A stretch of DNA of 64,000 bases, from positions 97,962,001 through 98,026,000 of the forward strand of contig CM059431.1 of the NCBI GenBank assembly GCA_030390025.1. The letters run 5' to 3'. How positions within the stretch are numbered: position 1 is the first letter of the stretch; each line of letters starts with the position of its first letter. This stretch comes from Squalus acanthias (Eukaryota). The notes below the pieces were generated by a model that was not told the origin of the DNA, did no database searches, and saw nothing but the letters and a program-made list of their open reading frames with translations. Positions 1 to 12,200 of this stretch are shown here, in pieces. A program made the translations under genes and the position numbers.

Positions 1-72
1 GGCCCAACGAAACCTACATGAGGGTCGATCACATTACAATTTTTATTTTAACAGCTTTCACCAAGTATTCAT

Positions 73-2091
73 CAACAACAACAACAACTTGCATTTATAT
101 AGCGCCTTTAACGTAGTAAAACGTCCCAAGGCGCTTCACAGGAATGTTATCAAACAAAATTTGACACCGAGCCACATAAAGAGATATTAGGACAGGTCAC
201 TATCACTAAGGAAAAAGTACTTGGTAAAATAATGGGACTAAAAGATGACAAGTCCCCTGGACCAGATGGCCTGCATCCCAGGGTCTTAAAAGAAGTGGCT
301 GCAGAGATAGTGGATGCATTGGTTTCAATATACCAAAATTCCCTGGACTCTGGAGAGGTCCCAGCGGATTGGAAAACCGCAAATGTAACACCCCTATTTA
401 AGAAAGGAGGGAGACAGAAAGCAGGAAACTATAGACCAGTTAGCCTAACATCTGTCGTTGGGAAAATGCTGGAGTCCTTCATTAAGGAAGCAGTAGCAGG
501 ACATTTGGAAAATCATAATGCAGTCAAGCAGAGTCAGCATGGTTTTATGAAAGGGAAATCATGTTTAACAAATTTGTTGGAGTTGTAACGAGCAGGGTGG
601 ATAAGGGTGAGCCAGTGGATGTGGTGTATTTGGATTTCCAGAAGGCATTCGATAAGGTGCCACATAAAAGGTTACTGCATAAGATAAGAGCTCATGGAAT
701 TGGGGGTAATATATTAGCATGGATAGAGAATTGGCTAACTAACAGAAAGCAGAGAGTCGGGATAAATGGGTCATTTTCAGGTTGGCAAACGGTAATTAGA
801 GGGGTGCCACAGGGATCGGTGCTGGGGCCTCAACTATTTACAATCTACATTAATGACTTGGATGAAGGGACCGAGTGTAATGTAGCCAAGTTTGCGGATG
901 ATACAAAGATGGGTGGGAAAGCAAGTTGTGCAGAGGACTCAAAGCATCTGCAAAGGGATATAGACAGGCTAAGTGAGTGGGCAAACATTTGGCAGATGGA
1001 GTATAATGTGGGAAAGTGCGAGGTTATCCACTTTGGCAGGAAAAATAAAAAAGCAAATTATTATTTGAATGGAGAGAGATTACAAAATGCTACAGTTCAG
1101 AGGGACCTGGGAGTCCTTGTGCATGAAACACAAAAAGTTAGCATGCAGGTGCAGCAAGTAATCAAAAAGGCAAATGGAATGTTGGCCTTTATTTCAAAGG
1201 GGTTGGAGTATAAAAGCAGGGAAATCCTGCTACAACTGTACAGAGTATTGGTGAGATCACACCTTGAGTACTGCGTACAGTTTTGGTCTCCTTTTTTAAG
1301 GAAAGATATACTTGCATTGGAGGCAGTTCAGAGATGATTCACTAGGTTAATTCCAGAGATGAGGGGGTTGACTTATGAAGAAAGGTTGAACAGGTTGGGC
1401 CTATACTCATTGGAATTTAGAAGAATGAGAGGTGATCTTATTGAAACATATAAGATACTGAGGGGGCTCGACAAGGTAGATGCAGGGAGAATGTTTCCCC
1501 TCGTGGGGAAATCTAGAACTCGGGGGCACAGTTTCAGAATAAAGGGTTGCCCTTTTAGAACTGAGATGAGGAGGAATTTCTTCTCAGAGGGTCGTAAATC
1601 TATGGAATTCTCTGCTCCAGAGAGCTGTGGAGGCTGGGTCATTAAATACATTTAAGGTGGAGATAGACAGATTTTTGCAAGATAAGGGAGTGAAGGGTTA
1701 TGGGGAGCGGGCTGGGAAGTGGCTTTGAGCCCAGGATCAGCCATGATCTTATTGAATGGCGGAGCAGGCTGGAGGGGCCAAGTGGCCCTTTCCTGCTCAT
1801 ATTTCTTATGTTCTTATGTTCTCGGTCAAAGAGGTAGGTTTTAAAGAGGGTCTTAAAGGAGGAGAGAGGTAGAGAGGCGGAGAGGTTTAGGGAGGGAATT
1901 CCAGAGCTTGGGGCCTAGGCAGCTGAAGGCACAGCCGGCAATGGTGGAGCGATTAAAATCGGGGATGTGCAAGAGGCCAGAATTGGAGGAGCGCAGATAT
2001 CTCGGAGGGTTGTAGGGCTGCAGGAGGTTACAGAGATAGGGAGGGGCAAGGCCGTGGAGGGATTTGAAAACAAGGATGAGAATTTTTAAAT
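73..2091 (-). mobile_element. L2 LINE 3' fragment split by a CR1 insertion (pieces 73-199 and 1823-2091)
   Basis: (caa)n-cttgcatttatatagcgcc tail; the ggacaggt / ggtcaaagagg junction is contiguous in the copies at 7694 and 9278. Confidence 0.85.
200..1822 (+). mobile_element. CR1 LINE, 5'-truncated, frameshifted RT ORF2
   Basis: [30 protein letters not shown] motifs; (ttcttatg)n tail. Confidence 0.95.
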
Positions 2092-2244
2092 TTCACGCAC
2101 GCAAGAACGTTACATTAAAACTTTTGAACTTTAGCATAAGTTCCACCAGTTCACATCCTGGCTCTGAGCTTTTTCAAATCCATTGGTTATCACGATAGGC
2201 TCAGGGATCTGCAACTTTTTGCTACAATAGTTTGTAGACTTCCG

Positions 2245-2705
2245 GGAGATTTGATTCAAATCTTTAAAATGATGAAAGGACCAGGCGGTGCCCATGTTTG
2301 ATAGGTTAGGGTTAAGGAGGGGACGCGCGGATAAGCTACTCAAGCAAAGACCGAGGTTAGATATCAGGAGGTGCTACTTTTCATGGAGCAACATCAACTT
2401 CTGGGACAAGTTCGCAGCTCATGTAGTGAATGAGGATTCACTGCAAACATTCAAAAGGGAGCTGGACAGGTTCCTCGCTGAGGCTGATATCACGTTGTGC
2501 AAAGGGTAGGTGGGATACTGGGTGATGTATCGCATGGTACAGTAGGGTAGTGGTTATCAGGGAATGGTACAGCACAGAAGGAGGCCATTCGGCCCATCGT
2601 GCCTGTGCCGGCTCTTTGAAAGAGCTCTCCTATTAGTCCCACTCCCCCCTGCTCTTTCCCCATAAGCCTGCAAATTTTCCCCCTTGAAGTATTTATCCAA
2701 TTTCT
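2245..2705. mobile_element. Two degraded CR1 3' fragments (about 2245-2520 plus, 2560-2705 minus)
   Basis: FKRELDRFL coding remnant; ggaggccattcggccc 3' motif. Confidence 0.7.
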
Positions 2706-2714
2706 TTCTGTTAC

Positions 2715-3012
2715 CGTCTAGTAATCCAGAGAACGCGAGTTCAAATCCCACCAGGGCAGTTTGACAATTTGAAATCAGTTTAAAAATCCTGGAAATAAAA
2801 AGCTGGTCTCAGTAAAAGTGACCGTGAAGCTGTCGGATTGTCGTAAAAACCGATCTGGTTCACTGACGTCCTTTAGGGAAGGAAACCTGCCGTCCTTACC
2901 CGGTCTGGGCCTATACGTGACTCCAGTCCCGCACCAATATCGTTGGCTTTTAGCTGCCCTCTGAAGTGGTTTAGCAAGACACTCAGTTGTATCAAAACCA
3001 CTACCAGTGGTT
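2715..3012 (+). mobile_element. tRNA-derived SINE (family not assigned)
   Basis: B-box gagttcaaatccc; core gggaaggaaacctgccgtccttacccggtctgg shared with 5510 and 52436 copies. Confidence 0.75.
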
Positions 3013-3197
3013 TAAGGGTAAAGGTATTAAGGGTAACAGAACCAAGGCAGGTGGATGGAGTTAAGATACATGACCAGCCATGATCTGATTGAATATAGGA
3101 GCAGGCTCGAGGGGCTGAATGGCCTCCTCCGGTTCCTGTGTTCCTAACACGTCACTTTAGACACGATAGCAATGGAGAATCTTTGCTTCCGGATAAC

Positions 3198-3299
3198 CTG
3201 GTGGTCCTGGGGTTCCTGGGCCTGGAGCACCGATGAAACCTTTCCGTCCCGGGAATCCTGGTCTGGACAATCCTGGAAATCCCAGCTGACCTTTGACAC
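3198..3299 (-). CDS. Collagen IV exon, about 102 bp
   Basis: cag|(G)[34 protein letters not shown]|gttatc; donor weak, so the 3' boundary is less sure. Confidence 0.82.
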
Positions 3300-6200
3300 C
3301 TGGAATGCAACAATTCTTTTTAAGTGACCAAATAGCCCAATGTTGATTGGTGTAAATCATAACGTATATACGGCATCATCGACAGTGCAATATATCTCTG
3401 CGCTACCTTTATCTCCGGGCAAGCCTGGTAGTCCCCTTTGGCCGGGAGATCCTGGGGTTCCACAAGGAATAGCTGTGAAGATTAACATAATAACTGTTTG
3501 TAAACCAAAATTAATCTCCATAAATTCAATAAAATACCAATCATCAAAGCCCTGTTATAATGAATCTCCGATTGAAAAAATTCATATAGACTGCTTCTGA
3601 TATTTTTCTTAATGTTCTCAGGATGTGGGTGCCACTGGCAAGGACAGCATTTATTGCTCATCCCTAGTTGCCCCTTGAGAAGGTGGTGGTGAGCCGCCTT
3701 CTTGAACTGCCGCAGTCCGTGTGGTGAAGGTACTCCCACAGTGCTGTTAGGGAGGGAGTTCCAGGATTTTGACCCAGCGACGATGAAGGAACGGCCGATA
3801 TATTTCCAAGTCAGGATGGTGTGTGACTTGGAGGGGAACTTGGAGGTGGTGGTGTTCCCATGCGCCTGCTGCCCTTGTCCTTCTAGGTGGAAGAGGTCGT
3901 GGATTTGGGAGGTGCTGCTGAAGAAGCCTTGGCGAGTTGCTGCAGTGCATCTTGTAGATGGTACACACTGCAGCCACGGTACGCCGGTGGTGCAGGGAGT
4001 GAATGTTTAAGGTGGTGGATGGGGTGCCAATCAAGTGGGCTGCTTTGTCATGGATGGTATCCAGGCAAGTGGAGAGTATTCCAACACACTCCTGACTTAT
4101 GCCTTGTAGATGGTGGAAAGGCTTTTGGGGAGTCAGGAGGTGAGACACTCACCGCAGAATACTCAGCCTCTGACTTGCTCTTGTAGCCACAGTATTTATG
4201 TGGCTGGTCCAGTGAAGTTTCTGGCCAATGGTGACCCCCCAGGATATTGATGATGGGGATTCGGCGACCACACAGTGTAGGGAAACACCTACTATAATGA
4301 AAAATTCAGCAGAGACTGCTCCAGTTAAAATGAAGCTCCTCAGAGTAAGAATATTACAAGTGAGTTCCACGGCAGAATGAACATCAGCGATGAAATCCTA
4401 TAATGAACATATATGGGCGGATTCCTCTCTCTGGCTCTCACCGTGAGGAATGATTCTCAGTGGCAGCGGGTCTGGGAACTCTGTCAACGGACAGACAATC
4501 ACTGACTGTGGACTGCGATTTGCTGACCTACGCCCAGTGGCCCTATAGTTGCAATCTTGAGATCAACCATTTGGTAAATCTCGGAATGCTGATTGAAATA
4601 TATTAGGAATGTGTCCTGCAAAGAAATGTCCTAATAGCCACATTGCAAGGAATCGTTGTTCGATGGGGAAATAAGCTTCCTGTATGTCCCAGCACCGTGC
4701 TGGGTTGGAGCTTTACGCCCAAATGCATAATGGGTTTTCTCAGTTCCAGGTAAGACCCATCTCGGTCGCTATAATCATCTGTAGCCCACATCCCACAAAA
4801 TGATATACTTATATCATAGAGTTACACAAATTACAGCACAGAAGGAGGCCATTCAGCCCATCGCATCAATCTTCAACTGAAGCTGTGCAATCTAATCCCA
4901 TTCCCTCCCCTTTTCCCGTATGTCTTTATATTCTCCCTTTTTAAATTTTTCTCCAATTCCCCTTGAAATAATGTTTCAGTCTCCGTCTCAATTGTCCCCT
5001 GTGGTAAAATATTCCCTGTTGCAATAAACCTCTGTGAAAACATTTCTTCTAACTCCCCCCCTTCATTCTCCCAGTGAGAATCCTCAGTCTGCGCCCCTCG
5101 TTACTGATTCACCAACCAGTGGAAACAATATTGTACTATTTACCCTCTCAATCTCCTTCAGGACCATGCTAATTGATTCCAATATAAGGCGAAAGGAAAA
5201 CAGATAGAAAATGGTTAACTGGAAAAGGCTAAGAAAATCCCTCCGCTACCTGATTGGAATATTGAGGGATCTTCCTCTCTCGTCAAGATTTCCTGTTCAT
5301 CGATGCAGTCACCTAGCAGAAATAAGAAACACACAAATTTTGATTATATTGAATGGGAGGTAACATGCAGTTAAAAATACTCGCTAAAGATAGCCAATTA
5401 CTTGTCACCTTCGCTGAGATTCATAAGAAGTAGTTCCTGAAATGTTCCTCATACGTTTTATAATCTTTTCATCATCTTCTCTTCTGCCCAAAGGGGTATT
5501 GATAACTGAATTTGTGAGTTCAAATCCCAACAGGGCAAGTTGTGAAACTGAATTCAGTAAAATCTGGTCATTTGTGATAGGATAGCTGGTAAATTGATGG
5601 AACTGGTCAACTATGTCCTTCAGGGAAGGGAACCTACCTGAGTGACTTCAGTCTCACACTATGGGGTAACTCTCAATGCCCTCAGGGGCAACTAGGGATG
5701 GGCAATAAATACCAGCTTTCCAGCGTTGCCCATAACCCGGGAATAAATATTTGAGAAAGGTGTGGGATGCAGTGTTGAACTTTGACTCGGGAAGGCGGGA
5801 CTCGGCAGTCTGGTGCTTAGCACAAGCTTTTGGGGGAAAGCACATCTTGGGAATTTGCAGGTCGGTGGCCTTGGATTTTCCCTCCATTAAAACTAGTCGG
5901 CCTGTCACTAGAGGCTGCTCGCCCACGATTCCCTGGGATCTCCCATCGTAGAATCACCCCTACCGTACACCGATTCCCTGGGATCTCCCATCGTAGAATC
6001 ACCCCTACCGTACATCGATTCCCTGGGATCACCAATCATAGAATCACCCCTACCGTACACCGATTCCCTGGGATCACCAATCATAGAATCACCCCTACCG
6101 TACACCGATTCCCTGGGATCACCAATCATATAATCACCCCTACCGTACATCGATTCCCTGGGATCACCAATCATATAATCACCCCTACCATACATTGATT

Positions 6201-9200
6201 CCCTGGGATCACCAATCATATAATCACCCCTACCGTACATCGATTCCCTGGGATCACCAATCATATAATCACCCCTACCGTACACCGATTCCCTGGGATC
6301 ACCAATCATAGAATCACCCCTACCATACACCGATTCCCTGGGATCACCAATCATAGAATCACCCCTACCGTACACCGATTCCCTGGGATCACCAATCATA
6401 GAATCACCCCTACCGTACACCGATTCCCTGGGATCACCAATCATATAATCACCCCTCCGTACACCAATTCCCTGGGATCTCCCATCGTAGAATCACCCCT
6501 ACCGTACACCGATTCCCTGGGATCACCAATCATAGAATCACCCCTACCGTACACCGATTCCCTGGGATCACCAATCATAGAATCACCTCTACCGTACATC
6601 GATTCCCTGGGATCACCAATCATAGAATCACCCCTACCGTACATCGATTCCCTGGGATCACCAATTGTAGAATCACCCCTACCGTACATCGATTCCCTGG
6701 GATCGCCAATCATAGAATCACCCCTACCGTACATCGATTCCCTGGGATTCACAATCGTAGAATTACCCCTACCGTACACCGATTCCCTGGGATTGCCAAT
6801 CGTAGAATCACCCCTACCGTCATCGATTCCCTGGGATTGCCAATCGTAGAATCACCCCTACCGTACATCGGTGACTCATGACAGGAGGCTGCACCATGCA
6901 AATGAGCGAGTGTCACTAGTGTCAGAAACACGGTGAGGTCAGGCTCACCAGGTTATATTTACAGCTGGTAACAAGTGAAGGCCAAGACTGTTTGATACCA
7001 TTTCTAAAGCAGAAAATACAGTAATGGTCATTTGGCTCAATTCCTGCTTAGAATGAACTCCCGACACTGTGCTTTATAAAATTCAGGATTGTCCACCACC
7101 GACTTCCTATTGCATGTTGTAAATCACAGAATCACACAGCACAGGAGGAGGCCATTCGGCCCATCGTGCCTGTGCTGGCTCTTTGAAAGAGCTCTCCAAT
7201 TAGTCCCACTCCCCCCTGCTCTTTCCCCAGAGCCCAGTAAAATTTTACTCCTTCAAATATTTATCCAATTCCCTTTTGAAAGTTACTATTGAATCTACTT
7301 CCACCGCCCTTTCAGGCAGCGCATTCCAGATCACAACAACTCGCTGCGTAAAAAAATTCTCCTCATCTCCCCCCTTTGGGAGATCAGGGGGCCGGGAGCG
7401 GGGCAAGCGTGGTGACCCATGGAACTCCACCCCGTGTGTGCATGGCATTGGATCCGAGTATGGCGGGGAGGGGTGATCGTGGCACCCGCCCATTTAAATA
7501 TTTAATTGGGAGGGGAGGTTCTGTCATCTACAAAGTTTGGTAAGGCGGGATTTAATCTCTAAAGGACCCCTGTGTGCAATGGGCATCCAGGGGAGCCTAT
7601 TGGCTGTAGTGGAGGCTGCTTAAAGGCCCACAGGTCAGTAAATTCAATCTTTGTATTTCAGCCAGTTGCATCTGTCTTTGTGTGTGTTTCTGTTCAACAA
7701 CAACAACAACTTGTATTTATATAGCACCTTTAACACAGTAAAACGTCCCAAGGCGCCTCACAGGAGCGATTATCAGACAAAATCAGACACCGAGCCACAT
7801 AAGGAGGTATTAGGACAGGTGACCAAAAGCTTAGTCAAAGAGGGAGGTTTTAAGGAGCGTCTTAAAGGAGGAGAGAGAGGTGGAGAGGTTTAGGGAGGGA
7901 ATTCCAGAGCTTAGGGCCCAGGCAGCTGAAGGCACGGCCACCAATGGCAGAGCGATTATAATCAGGGATGTGCAAGAGACCAGAATTGGAGGAGCGCAGA
8001 GATCTCAGAGGGTTGTAGGGCTGGAGGAGGTTACAGAGATAGGGAGGGGTGAGGCCATGGAGGGATTTGAAAACCAGGATGAGAATTTTAAAATCGAGGC
8101 GTTGCCGGACCGGGAGCCAATGAAGATCAGCGAGCACAGGGGTGATGGGTGGACGGGACTTGGTGCGAGTTAGGACACGAGCAGTAGGGTTTTGGATGAC
8201 CTCAGGAAGGATATATTGGTTTTGGAGAGGGAGCAGCGCAGATTCAGCAAAATGAAACCCGGGGCTAAAAGGGTTAAATTACGAGGGCAGGTTGCACAGA
8301 CTAGGCTTGTATTTCCTCGAGGATAGACGATTGAAGGGGGGTCTAATTGAGATGCTTAAGGTGATTCAAGGAGTCGATAGGGTAGATAAAGGGAAACTAT
8401 TTCCTCTTGTGGGGGAGTCCAGAACAAGGGGGCATCACCTTAAAATTAGAGCCAGGCCGTTCAGGGGTGATGTCAGGAAGCACTTCTTCACACAAAGGCG
8501 AGCGGAAATCTGGAACTCTCTCTCCCAAAAAGCTGTTGAGGCTGGGGGTCAATTGAAAATTTCAAAAGTGAGATTGCTAGATCTTTGTTAGGCAAGGGTT
8601 ACGGAACCAGGTTGGGTAGATGGAGTTAAGATACAGATCAGCCATGATCTAATTGAATGGCAGAACAGGCTCGAAGGGCAGAATGGCCTCCTCCTGTTCC
8701 TATGTACAAGCCCTGGCATACCTTCCTGGCGATGACTGTGGGGGCAGTGTCTTCACCTGGACCTGGGTTAGTTTGCTGTGGGTTTGCTGAGCTGCCACTG
8801 CTTCATTGGACTCCATTCCTGCCTGGTGCCAATTGAAGGAAGCCATCAAGTGGAAGTGTGGATGAAGGAAGCTGGGATTGTGCCCCTCAAAGCAGCACTG
8901 CCGGGCAATGGAGGCTTGACCGTGAACAGTCAATTCTCCTCCACAAGTTGCCTTCTATTTAAAGGAAAGTTTCTTAACTTTACAAACTGTCACTTAGCTA
9001 AGACATGGAAGGTGCACACTTACCTGGAGTACCTGGTAGGCCCGGAATACCTGGAATTCCTGGAACACCATCAAGTCCAAGGTCACCAAGAAGACCAAGC
9101 CTCCCTTGAGGACCTCGAATGCCCACGCCCGGCAGGCCAGGCCTTCCCGAGTATCCTTTACGGCCTGGGCCGCCTCGGATACCATCATCACCAGGGTAAC

Positions 9201-12200
9201 CTTTCTGAGCATCACCCTGAAATGTACGTTATACCGTGTATTTAGACAATTGACCAGACATCTACCATTACAGCACCTTAACAACAACAACAACCTGCAT
9301 TTATATAGCGCCTTTAACGTCGTAAAATGTCCCAAGGTGCTTCACAGGAGCGATTATCAAACAGAATCTGACACCGAGCCACATAAGGAGATATTAGGAC
9401 AGGTGACCAAAAGCTTGGTCAAAGAGGTCGGTTTTAAGGAACGTCTTAAAGGAGGAGAGAGAGGCGGAGAGGTTTAGGGAGGGAATTCCAGAGCTTAGGG
9501 CCCAGGCAGCTGAAGGCACGGCCACCAATGGGGGAGCGATGGAAATCAGGGATGCGCAAGAGGCTAGAGTTGGAGGGGCATCATCGGCACTGGTTTAAAT
9601 AATAATATTGATCTGTGCCCCCACCACTGGACTCAGTATCCACCCTGTCCACCACCACAGACAGTGTAAAATACCGGATGTACTGCAGCAACCCACCTCC
9701 CTCTCCTGCGACCTCCACCAATGAGAAGGAGAAGAGCAGCAACATTGTGGGAACACCATTAGCTCCAAGAGAAAGGGCAGCGGACAGATAAACGCAAGGA
9801 GGAGCAGAAGTGGAGGGATGAGGCAGGAGGAGAGGGAAGGGAAGAGGTTAAACAAAGGGATAAGGGAGGGTGTTCCAGAGGCTAAGGGGGCACGGAGGCT
9901 GAAGGAGTAGTGAGGACAGGAATCAAAATGCAAGGCCAGTGTTAGAGAAGTGAAGGCTGTGAGTAGGGGCGTGAAGGAAGTCATTGAGGTGGGAGAGGGT
10001 GGGACAACTCAGACAGATCGCTTTGCTGAGTCAGAGAATCAAAGAATGATACAGCACAGAAGGAGGCCATTCGGCCCCTCGTGCCTGTGCCGGCTCTTTG
10101 AAAGAGCTCTCCAATTAGTCCCACTCCCCCCTGCTCTTTCCCCACAGCCCTGCACATTTCTCCTGGTCAAGTATTTATCCGATTCCCTTTTGAAAGTTAC
10201 TGAATCTGCTTCCACCGCCCTAATATGTGAATATCTATCAGCTCCATAACTTATATAAAGTGCTCTGTCAGATTAACAGAGGTGACTTAGAACTCAACGC
10301 ATCAACTGAAATTGTACTTACAGAAGGTCCTGGAAAGCCTTGCTTGCCCAGTTTACCATCTTGTCCTGGGAGACCTGGTTGTCCATGAGCTCCTGTTCGC
10401 CCAGGCGCTCCTCGATCTCCTTTGGAACCTGAATAAACAGACGTCACGTTACATGTTCGTCTTTGTTTTGTACATTGTTTTTCTGGAAGGGCAAATCAGG
10501 AATTTGAGAACGTAACTGATTTGTGAGTCAATCCTTAAATTGATAGACCAATGAACTGGGGCACCTAAACTCCTGGGGGGAAAAATTCAGCTGCTTGCGC
10601 CTCCCGTTAGTGCCTTAAGAGGGCGCTAATGGGGCGTAAAGCAGCTAACGCCCGGGCGCAGCGCCGCCCACGCCTCCCGAAAAACTTAGTGGGAGGTTAG
10701 CGGCGGCGGCAGCCGGTAGCGCCCTGTGGCGCTGCGCCGCCGGCGATGACGTCATCGCCGTGCGCAGCACCCCGCTCGCGCCCCGGCCGTGATCTTCAGT
10801 CGCGCCCCCTGATTTACCGCCAGACGCTATGTCCGACGGGTTCAGGGAGGCGTACGTGCGGCCGGGGCGGCGATATTTAAAGGGGAGGTGGCAGGCGGCC
10901 ATTTTTGTTGCTGGCCGCCTGCCAGCACCTGCCCCCGTTGCTGTCCCCGGCCCCCGTGAAGCCCCCCCACCGTGAAGTGCCGGCTGCGCTCCAAGAGCCC
11001 GGCACTTCTCTTGAGTGCCGGGCTCTTTTGCCGGCACTCCCGATCCCTGGGGGCCCAGCTGGGCCCCGGTTCGCGCTGCGCAGGGTCCCTCCCCTTTAAG
11101 AAGGGGAGGAAGGCCTGCAATACCGCGGCACGTAGCGCCAGGATATTCACTCGCAGCGCCCCAAGAGGGATGCGGGGTGCTTCCAGTGGCGCCCCGCTTC
11201 CCTCTTGGGGCGCAACCACTGAAGTTCCGGCGCGGGGCCGCTAATTTTTTCGGGGCGCTAAAAGTCGCGCCCCGGCGAGGTTAGCGCCCCAAATGGGGCG
11301 CGACTCAATTTTTACCCCCTGATGTTCACTCCCATCTGCCAATCTCTGCACCACGAGACAAAGATCGATCCTACTGTTGCACCTGGGCTGGCCAGTGGGA
11401 TTTATAAGGAAGTAGCATGGATGGACTCCTCCCTTTGGTTCCTTTTTTTAGAGAGGTGCCTCATCACTGCTCAGAACTCCACTTCGCTTCATCCCTCCCC
11501 TCCCCATGGAACCTCAGTTTCCATGGTACCTCCTCTCGCCATGCTGTCTCCCCTCACTATGAAGCCTCCCCTCCCCATGGTACCTCTCTGAGACAGTCTA
11601 CCTGACGTCATCGGGACAAGCTCACACCTCACCAGCCCTTGGTGCAGTGTAGCCCGATAAACACCAGCTCAAGGATTGGCTTACTCTCAACATTAAACAG
11701 CTTTTCATGTCAGTGTCAGACCTGATAATTGAACAATTCTACAAAAGAATATTGAATGGCGTTTTGCGTTTTCAAATCCCTACAGAAAAATATTCACCTC
11801 TCCTCCCCGACTTCCTCTCCTCCCATCGCCTCCCTCTCCTCCTCCCCGCCTCCCTCTCCTCCTCCCCATATTCTCTCCTCCCTCCATCTTCCTCCCCTCC
11901 CCCCATCTTCCTCCCCTCCCCCCATCTTCCTCCCCTCCCCCCATCTTCCCTTTCCATCCTCTACCCCTCCCCTCTCTTTCCAACACAAAATCGGTTCTTT
12001 CCAGGTCACCACCTAGGCTGGCATTTGCTTATCTGCAGCTCTGCCCCTTGTAAGGGTAGAGCCTCGTTGACCAGTCAGATACTGTACCTTTGGTGGTTAT
12101 GGTGGTGATGATGATAGAATCGCCTTTCTGTCCCTTTGGGCCTCGAGCTCCCACAGCGCCAGCTGCTCCCTGTTGGTGTGACATTAACAACAGATCGTCA

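Noticed and set aside
5908..6870. CRISPR-like array or RGD-repeat protein
   Set aside because: Units are contiguous with no unique spacers, no cas genes, vertebrate intron; the ORF follows from the 45-bp unit.
10576..11318. CpG-island promoter of a nested gene
   Set aside because: Bounded by TIRs and a target duplication, with related copies in the window.
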